This document shows, in pieces, positions 18,338-28,021 of a DNA stretch of 64,000 bases. The stretch covers positions 19,300-83,299 of the forward strand of contig JAJDDB010000006.1 in the NCBI GenBank assembly GCA_029260575.1, in the 5' to 3' direction. Position 1 is the first letter of the stretch. Every line of letters begins with the position of its first letter. The notes under the pieces were generated by a model. The model saw only the letters and a program-made list of their open reading frames with translations, was not told the DNA's origin and made no database searches. Origin of the DNA: Phycisphaerales bacterium. GTDB lineage: Bacteria; Planctomycetota; Phycisphaerae; Phycisphaerales; SM1A02. Position numbers and translations under genes: made by a program.

Positions 18338-19924
18338 ATGTCCGAACATCGACACGACACCACGGTTATCGAGACGATTCAGTCACTGGTCGTCGCGTTC
18401 GTATTGGCGATGACCTTTCGCGGATTTGCGGTGGAAGGATTCGTAATCCCCACCGGCTCGATGGCGCCGACGCTGCTCGGCCAGCATTTCCTGCTGCAAT
18501 CCAGCGACACCGGCGCTGTCTTCTCTGCAGGTGTTGATATGGCCCATCAGGACAATCGGCCGACCGCATTCAAATCGGTTTGGGATCCGATGCTCGGTCC
18601 GGAGTTCAACAACCTCGGTCGACTTGGCGAACCGATGCCCACGCTGCGCATGGGTGATCGTATTCTCGTACTCAAATGCATCTACCCGTTCCTGATGCCC
18701 AAACGCTGGGATGTGGTGGTATTCAAGAACCCGACCGATCCCAACGGTGATTCGGGCAATTACATCAAACGCCTGATCGGCCTGCCGAATGACTCAATCT
18801 GGCTGGTAGACGGCGATGTCTTCGCAGGGGCTGCGGACAACTCCGATGATCTTGAAGCATACGTTGTGCAGCGCAAACCCGAGTACATTCAACGTGCGGT
18901 GTGGCAACCGGTGAGCAACAGCGATTATCTCCCTCGGCGGCCGGAAACACTCAGCGCGGGGTGGGACGGAGCGTTCTGGTATGGCGATGCGTGGGAGACC
19001 GAAACGCGCGCGTTCCGCACGGAATCAGCCGGGCCAACAATTCTGCAATGGGACAGCACGCTGCGGCCGTTGACGGACTGGGCACCGTACAACATATTGA
19101 TGCAGACCCGGTCGACGATGCAGTTCACAAGCGATGTGCGTGTTGCAGCAACGCTTGTGCCGGATCAGGACGGAATGACCACGTCGCTGGAACTTCATGC
19201 ACGCAGCAGCATTTTCGAGTTTCGCATCGACGGTGATCAGGCAGTCGTGCGCTATCGGCCGCAAGACGGCGCTGCTGATCAATGGACGCAGACAGACACA
19301 GCGAAGATTGATGCGCTGCCTGCGGGCAAGCCGACGAACGTCGAATTCTGGCACGTCGATCAATCCATAAAGCTGTTCGTTGACGGCGACTGTGTTGCAT
19401 CGCTTGAATACGACTGGCGGCCGGTCGAACGATTGCAGCACACCACCGGTCTCTTTGATGACGATGATGCGAACAACCTTGCCAACAATCTGAGTAATAC
19501 ACCGATACCCGCCGAAATTCAGTGGAATTTCGAAGGTTCACCGGTGACGCTGCATCGTGTTCGGGTTGATCGCGATTTGTATTACCACCAGCGGCCGATC
19601 ATCTCATCCGATCAGAAGCCGGAGAACGGTCGGCCGTTTACCGGTGACTGGGGATTCGCAACGCATCCATCGCACCTCGGCGTACTCGGGCCGGATCACT
19701 TCTTCATGCTCGGCGATAACAGTACGTCATCACTGGACGGCAGATACTGGGGCAATCCCGCGCCGATTGTGATCAAGCAGATTGACGATGCGCCGTTTGT
19801 GGTGCATCGCAAACTGTTGATCGGCAAGGCGTGGATGGTCTATTTCCCCTCGCCGTACCCGATGAGTGAAGGCAGCTCGACGCGGGTGATTCCGGACTTT
19901 GGGCGGCTGCGGTTTATTCGCTGA
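18338..19924 (+). CDS. lepB: signal peptidase I, unusually long (528 aa)
   Basis: Has VIPTGSMAPTLLG (Ser box), GDRILVLK, DVVVFKNP, YIKRLIGLPNDSIWL (Lys box) and FMLGDNSTSSLDGRYWG (box E). Confidence 0.85.
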   Translation: MSEHRHDTTVIETIQSLVVAFVLAMTFRGFAVEGFVIPTGSMAPTLLGQHFLLQSSDTGAVFSAGVDMAHQDNRPTAFKSVWDPMLGPEFNNLGRLGEPMPTLRMGDRILVLKCIYPFLMPKRWDVVVFKNPTDPNGDSGNYIKRLIGLPNDSIWLVDGDVFAGAADNSDDLEAYVVQRKPEYIQRAVWQPVSNSDYLPRRPETLSAGWDGAFWYGDAWETETRAFRTESAGPTILQWDSTLRPLTDWAPYNILMQTRSTMQFTSDVRVAATLVPDQDGMTTSLELHARSSIFEFRIDGDQAVVRYRPQDGAADQWTQTDTAKIDALPAGKPTNVEFWHVDQSIKLFVDGDCVASLEYDWRPVERLQHTTGLFDDDDANNLANNLSNTPIPAEIQWNFEGSPVTLHRVRVDRDLYYHQRPIISSDQKPENGRPFTGDWGFATHPSHLGVLGPDHFFMLGDNSTSSLDGRYWGNPAPIVIKQIDDAPFVVHRKLLIGKAWMVYFPSPYPMSEGSSTRVIPDFGRLRFIR

Positions 19925-19933
19925 GACGCGTTA

Positions 19934-21967
19934 CTACGGTACCGTTGGTTCAACCGGCGCATCTGCGTTCAAAGCTTCGTCTGCAACGTCGAGTAATTGA
20001 TACACATCGCGAAGGTCGGCGCGGGCCCGCTGCATGCGCTGCCGCCAGTTGCTGATCGATGGAATCTGCAGGCCGGTGATGAGATCGATGTTCCCAACCG
20101 CCAACTGTGGGGCAAGATCGCCTATGCCTGCCTGCACGTCTTGTATAGCGACGATGGAAACAACATCACCCAATTGCTGCATCCTGTTGACAAACAGCAA
20201 TTCGTTATCGACAGCAGCATCGGCAGTTTCTGTCGTATGCCGTTGCAGTGCGTTTTCATCGAGCGTCTCAAGCACAGTCAGCACGAACAGCATTTCATCG
20301 CCCTGCCAGTTTTCTACGAGTTTCTTGATAGTGTCGCGATCAAAACCCTGTTCGCTGCTGGTCATGCGCCGCAGTTGTTTTGCAAGTGCGATGCGCGTCT
20401 GCATGACAGCGTTGATATAACCGAACGGATCACGCCGGGCGATGCGCCGAACTGCATCCTGCAATTGCGGGTGATGTTCATTGAGGATGCCGAGCTGCAG
20501 ACCATGACGCAGCAGTGCGGTGCATTCCGCAAATGCGTTGTGCGCAACCAGCGGGCTCATGAGCAGATCATCGGCGCCAAGATGGCCAATCATTGCGTAG
20601 CCGATGGCAAGGCGGTCCGCTGTTGCAGCACCGTCGCGAACCCGCGCGTGACGCAACGCGTCAAACGCAACGAGTTCGAGCAACTGATGCATTCCGAGTA
20701 GATATTCGGGCAGCAACTGTGACGATTCGTGTCGACGCAATGATCTGAAATCGCAGCGACGCAGAAGTGATCCCTTGCGCAAGAGATCGAATATCAGTGC
20801 GGTTTCGGCAAGCGCCGCAACTATCTCTTCATCGACAGCATCCGCCGGCTGCGCGATGGCTGCTTGGAGTGTTGCCCGTTGCTGTTCGGGCAGCGCGTTG
20901 AATGCGTCAATTGCCTGTTGATACACCAGGGCAGCATTTGCCATTGCAGCGGGATCAAGCTCACCCTGGGCCAGTTTCTCGAGCATGGCGCGACGCTCAG
21001 CGACCAGAGATCGCGCCTCGATCATGAGTTGATACGCCTTGCCATAGCCGGGCATCAGAAGTGTCGCAAACACACCGTAATCCCCATTTTCAATCTTACT
21101 TTCCCAATCGTTGAGCCGTTGTTGCCCTTCATCGGTGTCTTCTAAGAGCAAAATCTCTGCAACATCGTTCATCGCGCCATCGAATTTCGCCATCTCTGCA
21201 TCAACATCGGCGTCCTGCAACTTCTCAACAATTGCATGCGCCTGTTCTTCAGAACCGCCAATCATCGAAGCGAGCTCGTGCATGTCCCCATCGTCATGCA
21301 CGTCGTTGCTCAGCGTCGCCATCATCAGTTCGTGTTCACTGAAGATTGATTCGACGAATCCAAATGGATCGTCTTCATCGAGTTGTTGGAGCGCGCCCGC
21401 AAGCTCTGCAGCAGCAGATGTGTCAATTGCGCCGCGGTCGAGTGCGCTTTGCACGGATTCATCTGCGAAATTGAATATCGCTGTGCCGACGAGTGCGCTG
21501 ATGAGCACTCGGTCGTCGGAAAGGTGTCCGCCGATCTGGTACATCGATGCCAAATCACGCGAAGCGCCTGCGACATCGCCATCGTGCATTTTGACGAGTG
21601 CCTCTGCCCGCAACAGTCGTGCACCATTGCGCAACTGCCCAAGATGCGGCAGCGTCAGCTCGAAACCCTTGCTGAAGTCGAGGCCATAATCTGAATACTG
21701 CTGTGCGGCACCGCGCCGAAGCAGCGCCAGCGTGGGAGCCAGAGCGCGCAGCGTTGAACGAAGCTCCGGCGAGGGGTCAACCCTCGCTTCGACGTAGTTC
21801 ATCACCATGTTCAATTGTTCATCGCTGAGGGTTTCAAGTTGACCGACTGCCCGTTCATACCAATGTGCAGCATTGCGGACGTTATCGCCGTTGGCCCTGG
21901 CAGACGGCACAAACACTGCAGGCAGAGCAAGAACAAGGGCCACGACAACACGTTGATACTTCACCAA
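19934..21967 (-). CDS. secreted alpha-helical hypothetical protein built from two homologous halves
   Basis: Signal peptide VVVALVLALPAVFVPSARA. Internal repeat: NAAHWYERAVGQLETLSDEQ...IGGHLSDDRVLISALVG...DDPFGFVESIF versus NAALVYQQAIDAFNALPEQQ...MIGHLGADDLLMSPLVA...RDPFGYINAVM. Confidence 0.65.
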   Translation of the reverse strand: MVKYQRVVVALVLALPAVFVPSARANGDNVRNAAHWYERAVGQLETLSDEQLNMVMNYVEARVDPSPELRSTLRALAPTLALLRRGAAQQYSDYGLDFSKGFELTLPHLGQLRNGARLLRAEALVKMHDGDVAGASRDLASMYQIGGHLSDDRVLISALVGTAIFNFADESVQSALDRGAIDTSAAAELAGALQQLDEDDPFGFVESIFSEHELMMATLSNDVHDDGDMHELASMIGGSEEQAHAIVEKLQDADVDAEMAKFDGAMNDVAEILLLEDTDEGQQRLNDWESKIENGDYGVFATLLMPGYGKAYQLMIEARSLVAERRAMLEKLAQGELDPAAMANAALVYQQAIDAFNALPEQQRATLQAAIAQPADAVDEEIVAALAETALIFDLLRKGSLLRRCDFRSLRRHESSQLLPEYLLGMHQLLELVAFDALRHARVRDGAATADRLAIGYAMIGHLGADDLLMSPLVAHNAFAECTALLRHGLQLGILNEHHPQLQDAVRRIARRDPFGYINAVMQTRIALAKQLRRMTSSEQGFDRDTIKKLVENWQGDEMLFVLTVLETLDENALQRHTTETADAAVDNELLFVNRMQQLGDVVSIVAIQDVQAGIGDLAPQLAVGNIDLITGLQIPSISNWRQRMQRARADLRDVYQLLDVADEALNADAPVEPTVP

Positions 21968-22037
21968 GGCAACTCTCCATCACGGGCGTTCTCAGGTCAG
22001 AGCATTATGACCGATCGCTCGTCCGGCTCTTGATTCG

Positions 22038-22745
22038 ATGCCAAAACGCCGCGACGATGCTCCGATGACTGAACATCAGACTGACCTGCCGCTGCACAAG
22101 CCGCACGAGCACTACCAGCCGAGTGATGATCCGCTGACTGAATCGCAGCGGTTCTATGAAATCATGAAACAACGGCGATCGATCCGGTATTTTTCGGACA
22201 GGCCGGTGCCGCGCAACGTTATCGAGAACCTTATAGCAGCGGCAGGCACGGCCCCCAGCGGCGCGAACAAGCAGCCGTGGCGTTTCGTCGCTGTCCAGAA
22301 CCCTGCCATCAAGAAGCAAATTCGTGAAGGTGCGGAAATCGAAGAGCGCGAGTTTTATGAACGCAGGGCAAGCGAAACCTGGCTGCGCGATCTGCGCGCG
22401 ATCGGCACTGACGAACACAAACCGTTTCTCGAAGTCGCGCCGTGGCTGATCGTCGTTTTCAAAATGATGAAAGATGACCTGCATCAAAATGATTCTGATC
22501 AGGTGTATTACGTCAATGAATCGGTCGGCATTGCCTGCGGTTTGTTTCTCGCAGCAGCGCATCATGCAGGGTTAGCGACATTGACGCACACACCGAGCCC
22601 AATGAAGTTTCTAGCGGGGATTCTGAATCGACCGGACTTTGAACGTCCGTACCTGTTGATTCCGATCGGGTATCCGGCGGAGGGTTGTGTCGTGCCGGAC
22701 ATTCAGCGGAAATCGTTGGAGCAGATCATGGTGGTGGATCGGTGA
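22038..22745 (+). CDS. nitroreductase-family flavoprotein (iodotyrosine-dehalogenase-like subgroup)
   Basis: Reads FYEIMKQRRSIRYFSDRPVPRNVIENLIAAAGTAPSGANKQPWRFVAV and ...GLATLTHTPSP. Confidence 0.85.
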   Translation: MPKRRDDAPMTEHQTDLPLHKPHEHYQPSDDPLTESQRFYEIMKQRRSIRYFSDRPVPRNVIENLIAAAGTAPSGANKQPWRFVAVQNPAIKKQIREGAEIEEREFYERRASETWLRDLRAIGTDEHKPFLEVAPWLIVVFKMMKDDLHQNDSDQVYYVNESVGIACGLFLAAAHHAGLATLTHTPSPMKFLAGILNRPDFERPYLLIPIGYPAEGCVVPDIQRKSLEQIMVVDR

Positions 22746-22793
22746 AAGCAAGTTCACGACGAAGGGCCACAAGGAAGATGACTGATGATTGCG

Positions 22794-23033
22794 TTAGGGG
22801 AACTGAGAGAGTCGTTTGCGCATGACATCAATTGACTGCGTAGCCAGCTTTACCGCCTCGTGTGTCCGGTGATAGTTGGAAACGTAGAGTCGCGCCAGCC
22901 AGCCGTGCGTACCAGCGGTGATTTCGTTTGCGAGGGCGTCCATGAGCTGGTGGTCGCCTGTTCGGATGGCCTGGGCGATCTGCTGATCGAGCACTCCCCA
23001 TTTCTCGTATTGCTCATTTCCGGGGCTGGCCAC
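22794..23033 (-). CDS. small hypothetical protein (79 aa)
   Basis: It is the only unopposed ORF in this gap. No recognisable motif, so coding status is uncertain. Confidence 0.3.
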   Translation of the reverse strand: MASPGNEQYEKWGVLDQQIAQAIRTGDHQLMDALANEITAGTHGWLARLYVSNYHRTHEAVKLATQSIDVMRKRLSQFP

Positions 23034-23154
23034 GGGGTTTCGTTGCTCGGGACATTCAATGGAAATCGCCGGAGTAGATCATCGTGGTAGCTGTTTTGGG
23101 GTGCAGTTCGGCAATTGTGCAAGAATAGAACCCCCTCGCCGAAGATAGTTCTGC

Positions 23155-23715
23155 ATGGAATGGATTCTCTACATCGTTGCGACGCTGTTTGTGCTCATCG
23201 GGTTGGCGTGCCTGGTGCTGGTCGTGCTGCAATTGCCCGGTGGGTGGATCATGTTCGGCATCGCCGTCGTGATTGAACTGATCGATACGTGGTATTTGCC
23301 GGATGACTCTCCGTGGACGTTCAGTCTGTGGGTACTCGTTGTCGGTTTGGTCTTGCTGTGTATCGGTGAACTGATCGAGTTTCTCGGTTCGCTGCTTGGC
23401 GCAAAGCGAGGCGGCGCATCACGCGCGGGTTCGTGGGGAGCGCTGCTCGGCGGTGTGATCGGAGCGCTCGCGCTGGCGGCACCGATGACGATCATCCCCG
23501 GCATTGGCACGATCTTCGGCGCGTTGCTTGGCGCAATCGTCGGTTCATTTCTCGGAGCAGTGCTCGGTGAGATGGGTGTTACAAGGAACACAATGCGCGG
23601 TTCGATGAAGCCGGCCGTGTGGGCTGCGATCGGACGAATACTCGGGTCGACAGGGAAGGTTGCGGTGACGGTTGTGCTGTGGGTGTTGTTGAGTGTTGCG
23701 GCGTTCTGGCCGTGA
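23155..23715 (+). CDS. DUF456-like integral membrane protein
   Basis: Four or five hydrophobic helices. N-terminus ILYIVATLFVLIGLACLVLVVLQLPGGWIM resembles DUF456 proteins. Confidence 0.6.
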   Translation: MEWILYIVATLFVLIGLACLVLVVLQLPGGWIMFGIAVVIELIDTWYLPDDSPWTFSLWVLVVGLVLLCIGELIEFLGSLLGAKRGGASRAGSWGALLGGVIGALALAAPMTIIPGIGTIFGALLGAIVGSFLGAVLGEMGVTRNTMRGSMKPAVWAAIGRILGSTGKVAVTVVLWVLLSVAAFWP

Positions 23716-23717
23716 TG

Positions 23718-23748
23718 AAAAGCCCGGCATCGGGAGATGCTGGGCTTT
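23718..23748. terminator. bidirectional hairpin between the convergent DUF456 and pilB genes
   Basis: aaaagcccggcatc-ggga-gatgctgggcttt forms a 12 bp stem with one G-T pair, flanked by an A-run and a T-run. Confidence 0.55.
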
Positions 23749-23775
23749 GTAAACGACCTCAGTTTTGAAGCAGCC

Positions 23776-25776
23776 TCAGATTGTTGATTCGGTGACGCGC
23801 AGGACCTCTTCGACTGTGGTCTTGCCGTCGATGACTTTCTGGAAGCCGTCTTCGCGGAGCGTGACCATGCCGCGTTCCTTGCACATCCGCCGGAACTCCG
23901 TCACGTTCGGATTGCGGGCGATGGCATCGCGCAGATAGTCATCGAGCACGAGCAGTTCGTACAGACCATTTCGTCCGGAGTAGCCGGTCTCGCGGCAGCG
24001 CTGACACCCCTTGCCAAGCATGACCTTGTTGGAATCGACGCCGTGCATAGTCAGAAACTCAGCAATCTCCTCGCTGACTGTAATTTCCTCAGCACAGTTG
24101 CTGCAAATTCTTCGCACCAGGCGCTGGGCCAGAACTGCATTGACAGCCGCACCGATCAGGAACGGTTCGATGCCGATATTGATCAAACGTGTCAGAGATG
24201 CAGGTGCGTCATTGGTATGCAGTGTTGACAACACGAGGTGGCCGGTCATCGCTGCCTGCACAGCAATGTTTGCGGTTTCCATATCACGAATTTCGCCGAC
24301 CATGACAACATCCGGGTCTTGACGAAGCAGTGCGCGCAGCGCCGCTGCGAATGTCATGCCAATGCGCTCGTGTGTTTGAATCTGCGTGATGTTCGCCAGG
24401 TTGTATTCAACCGGGTCTTCAACCGTGGACACGTTGAGTTTGTGCAGATCCATCTGACGGATGGAGGAATACAGCGTCGTCGTCTTACCTGAACCAGTCG
24501 GACCGGTGACGAGAATGATGCCGTGCGGCTGGGCAATCTGATTTTTCCAGATCGTGAGTGTATCTTCGCCGAACCCGAGTTCATTCAGCGACACGCTGAT
24601 CGAGCGGTTGTCGAGAATACGCATAACCGTCTTTTCGCCCTTCGGCGTGGGCACGGTCGAAACACGAAGATCGAGCTTGCGCCCCATGACGGCAGCGCGA
24701 ATGCGGCCGTCCTGCGGCAGGCGGCGCTCGGCAATATCAAGATTCGCCATGATCTTGATACGACTTGTCAGTGCAGCGTGCATCTTTTTCGGCGGGCTCA
24801 TCATCTCGAACAGCACGCCGTCAATTCGAAAACGCACTTTCAGATTCTTATCGCCCGGCTCGATGTGAATATCCGAAGCGCCTTCTTTCATTGCGGTCTG
24901 AATAATGTGGTTTACATACCGAACGACCGGCGATGATTCCGCGTCTTCGATGTCAGCATCACCGCTGACGTCTTCTTCAACGACTTCAACGTCGTCTTCT
25001 TCAACGTCCGCAAGCAATTCATCGACATCGTATTCTTCGACTTCAGCTTCGGACAGCAATTCGATGACCGCAAGAATGTCGCTTGACGCTACGAGTACAT
25101 GCTTGATTGACGGCACGCCGACGCGGCGCTTGATGTCATCCAGCAGGAAAACGTCATCGGGGTTGCTTGTACCGACCACGAGTCGCGAACCTTCGCGGCG
25201 CAGCGGCATGACGAGCTTTTCACGACAGAAGTCGACGCTGAGTTTGTGCAGCAGCCGTTCGTCGTAGGAATCTCTTTGATCAAGGTCGATGCGTTCGAAG
25301 GGTAATCGGTTGATTTCCGCAATGACCTGTTGCACAGCCGGCTCATCAACCCCCATTTCAATGAGAATCTGTGTGATGCGCTTTCCAGGGGCTTGTTTTT
25401 GCACACGCTGCGCTGAGGAGAGCTGTTCGTTGGTGATGATTTTGCGATCGCGGAGCAATTCGCCGATGTCATCGCCCGGCTGAGCACTGATCACATCTGC
25501 TGGAGTGATCGACGAAAGCGCATCAGTCGGCCGAATGCGTGTGGGGTCAGCTTCCTTCTTGGCTTTCTTGGAGGTCTGCACTGCCTGACCGAGCCCGGTT
25601 CCGGAAAGGTCTGGCGGTCTTGGCGTATCGCTGGGATCGTTGCGAACGAACATCAAACCGCCATCTGCCGCGTCAGAATCCGACTGCGGCACATCTGCTG
25701 CGGGCGCATCGTCCTCGCTTTCAAGAATGTCATCGAGATCAAAGTCACTCACAGCGTACTCCCCTGTCCGAAACAC
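23776..25776 (-). CDS. pilB: type IV pilus / type II secretion assembly ATPase (GspE/PilB family)
   Basis: Has VTGPTGSGKTTTLYS (Walker A), DPDVVMVGEIRD (Walker B), GHLVLSTLHTND, the tetra-Cys CSNC...CQRC, and an N-terminal T2SSE_N-type domain (LRDRKIITNEQL...). Confidence 0.9.
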   Translation of the reverse strand: MFRTGEYAVSDFDLDDILESEDDAPAADVPQSDSDAADGGLMFVRNDPSDTPRPPDLSGTGLGQAVQTSKKAKKEADPTRIRPTDALSSITPADVISAQPGDDIGELLRDRKIITNEQLSSAQRVQKQAPGKRITQILIEMGVDEPAVQQVIAEINRLPFERIDLDQRDSYDERLLHKLSVDFCREKLVMPLRREGSRLVVGTSNPDDVFLLDDIKRRVGVPSIKHVLVASSDILAVIELLSEAEVEEYDVDELLADVEEDDVEVVEEDVSGDADIEDAESSPVVRYVNHIIQTAMKEGASDIHIEPGDKNLKVRFRIDGVLFEMMSPPKKMHAALTSRIKIMANLDIAERRLPQDGRIRAAVMGRKLDLRVSTVPTPKGEKTVMRILDNRSISVSLNELGFGEDTLTIWKNQIAQPHGIILVTGPTGSGKTTTLYSSIRQMDLHKLNVSTVEDPVEYNLANITQIQTHERIGMTFAAALRALLRQDPDVVMVGEIRDMETANIAVQAAMTGHLVLSTLHTNDAPASLTRLINIGIEPFLIGAAVNAVLAQRLVRRICSNCAEEITVSEEIAEFLTMHGVDSNKVMLGKGCQRCRETGYSGRNGLYELLVLDDYLRDAIARNPNVTEFRRMCKERGMVTLREDGFQKVIDGKTTVEEVLRVTESTI

Positions 25777-25812
25777 TGATCATGTGTAGTCGCTTGCAGA
25801 TGAAAATCCTGC

Positions 25813-26592
25813 TCAGCGATCACGGTCGATCTGTACGGTGAACTCGTAATTGATGTCCAGAGCCTTATCGCTGGCGAGCAATGTTGCCTGGTCGGAATCC
25901 ACACTCAAGAGACGGAAGGTCACACCTTCGCGTTCCATCGTGATGGTTTCATTGATTCGCAGAATCTTGCCATTGATGTTGGCCAGCGGGCTGCTGCCAA
26001 GGAGCACGGACGTCAGCTGCATACGCGCACTGGCTGCTTCGATTGATTGCAGTTTGGTGCGGCGGCGCTGTTCCCACAATCGATCAGAGCTGTTCGGATC
26101 AATCGGATCGACCGTAGTCGAATCGGTGGACTTGGTCCGAAGCTCGAACGGATTCTTGAGAACGTTCACCCACGGCACCTGCAGTTCTGTGCGCGTGGTG
26201 TTCAGCGCTTCAATCGTCGGGTCGTCATCGCGCAGCAGCACGCTCTGGTTGCCGTTGGCGTTGCTGGTGTTGCCGGTCAGCGTGGCAATGAAACCCTCGA
26301 TGCTGCTCTCAACGTCGCCGCCGGAATCCACACTTGCGGAGACTTTGGCCAGTGTGCGCATCGAGAACAATCCGCCAGCTGCGACGAGTATGACCAGAAT
26401 GATCAGTATCGTGCCGGAGTTGGAGCGCTTGACGCCTTCTGCTCCGGCGAGCGGATCAAAGGACGAATCAGCGTCGAAGCCGTCATCACCACTTGTACCC
26501 AGCGGGAATGTCGAGTTCTCGTTGCCAGTGCCAGCGTTGGGCGATGACATCTGCTGTGTGGGGTTGTCCGTATTGGTGTCGTTGAAATTCAC
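25813..26592 (-). CDS. PilP-like pilus assembly protein (single TM; C-terminal beta domain)
   Basis: Sits between pilO and pilB. TM helix GTILIILVILVAAGGLF. C-terminus MQLTSVLLGSSPLANINGKILRINETI..VTFRLLSVDSDQATLL resembles the PilP/GspC HR domain. The call is weak. Confidence 0.4.
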   Translation of the reverse strand: MNFNDTNTDNPTQQMSSPNAGTGNENSTFPLGTSGDDGFDADSSFDPLAGAEGVKRSNSGTILIILVILVAAGGLFSMRTLAKVSASVDSGGDVESSIEGFIATLTGNTSNANGNQSVLLRDDDPTIEALNTTRTELQVPWVNVLKNPFELRTKSTDSTTVDPIDPNSSDRLWEQRRRTKLQSIEAASARMQLTSVLLGSSPLANINGKILRINETITMEREGVTFRLLSVDSDQATLLASDKALDINYEFTVQIDRDR

Positions 26593-26615
26593 GATCAGAC
26601 TCCATCAGGAATGTG

Positions 26616-27209
26616 TCAATTATCAGAGCCGGCGGTGGCGAGGGAACTGCCTTGCGGCTGGAAGTAAATGCTGAGAGTAAATTCGGACTTCACCCAACCC
26701 TCGGGATATTCCCCGCCGTTCGGGCTGATCTTGCCTTTGTCGGGGCGTTCGAGCGTCATGTGATGCACGCGCGTGATGCGATCCATGCCTTCGAGGCTGA
26801 GCATGAATTCATAAAACCCGACAAACGAGCCGTCCATTTCCATGCGCAGCGGCAATTCCATGTACGTCGCAGCAGGGACAGACTTCTCACTCTTGACGCT
26901 CCGAACCGCAAGCCCGTTTTCGCTGGCGAGGTTCCAGATCTTCTCGAGTACAGTTTCGACATCGCGCTCGTTTGGCAGCTTGCCTTCGATCTGATCAATC
27001 GCCTGGCGGCCTTGTTCGATTGCCAGATCAATGTCGCTGATGCGCGCGGTGACTTCCTCAAGCCGATCAAGGCGTTCGGTCTTCGTCGCAATCTCATCAT
27101 TGGCCTTGTGAATCTGTTCGCTGCGCGGTTTGAACACGTACACAAATGACGCGACCGGCACGGCAAGCAGAACGATAAGGAAAATAGCTTCTCTGATACC
27201 GAATCGCAT
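26616..27209 (-). CDS. pilO: type IV pilus assembly protein PilO
   Basis: N-terminal TM helix, a coiled-coil segment, then ..MELPLRMEMDGSFVGFYEFMLSLEGMDRITRVHHMTLER, a typical PilO C-terminal domain. Operon position supports the call. Confidence 0.7.
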   Translation of the reverse strand: MRFGIREAIFLIVLLAVPVASFVYVFKPRSEQIHKANDEIATKTERLDRLEEVTARISDIDLAIEQGRQAIDQIEGKLPNERDVETVLEKIWNLASENGLAVRSVKSEKSVPAATYMELPLRMEMDGSFVGFYEFMLSLEGMDRITRVHHMTLERPDKGKISPNGGEYPEGWVKSEFTLSIYFQPQGSSLATAGSDN

Positions 27210-27211
27210 GA

Positions 27212-28009
27212 TTAGTGTTCCTCCGTCTCACCGGGGATCACCTGAACGGTGTTGCCGCCGGGCGGAATAAATTCCAGCTTGTCACTCATCGGGTTTCGAA
27301 TGTCTCGATTCATGATCAGCGGTTCGATGTGACGAACATCCGCATCCGGATCGAGATTCATATTGATTCTGAATTCACGCATCAAGCGTCCGTCAAAGTC
27401 ACTTTCTTCTGAATATTCAAGCGTGACTTCTTCGAGCAGGGTGTACGCGTTCAACTGAGCCATATACCGGGCCACTTCCACATCGCTGGGCGCGATGCCG
27501 ACAAGCGACAGCGCCACCTGGTAACGCGGCGCCTGGACTTCCGCCACGGCCTTGTCAGCTTCCTCGCGCGTCTGGGCGCGGGCGGGCTTGTTCTTCAGCC
27601 GGCCGGTCGCTTTCGGATCGGGCGGCGGCGGAGCATTGCGCAGCTTGTCTGACTTCAATTCCATTTCCAAGAGGCCGAGGCGATCGGGCATGCGGTTGAT
27701 CAACTCTGCAAGCAGAATCGACCGCGGCACGCGCTCGACGAGCGCTGCTGCGAGGTCTGCCTTCTCCAGCATCTGTTCCTTCTGCTCTTCGAGCTCGTTG
27801 AGCTCTCGAATCTGCAGCGCAGCCTGCTGATATCGAACGTTGATCTGATCCTGGTCAGCTTTCACGCTTGACAGTTGCCTGTTGGTAAACAGGAACAGCA
27901 GGAACACGACGCCCATCACGACGCCGAACAACGACAAACAGATGATGTTCGTCCGTCGCTCTGCTTTCTGAGCCAGATAATCCTCGGGCAGGAAACTTGC
28001 GTTGCTCAT
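27212..28009 (-). CDS. pilN: PilN-like fimbrial assembly protein
   Basis: Reads FLPEDYLAQKAERRTNIICLSLFGVVMGVVFLLFLF, then a coiled coil. Located directly after pilM. Confidence 0.65.
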   Translation of the reverse strand: MSNASFLPEDYLAQKAERRTNIICLSLFGVVMGVVFLLFLFTNRQLSSVKADQDQINVRYQQAALQIRELNELEEQKEQMLEKADLAAALVERVPRSILLAELINRMPDRLGLLEMELKSDKLRNAPPPPDPKATGRLKNKPARAQTREEADKAVAEVQAPRYQVALSLVGIAPSDVEVARYMAQLNAYTLLEEVTLEYSEESDFDGRLMREFRINMNLDPDADVRHIEPLIMNRDIRNPMSDKLEFIPPGGNTVQVIPGETEEH

Positions 28010-28021
28010 CTCAGTCGTCCT

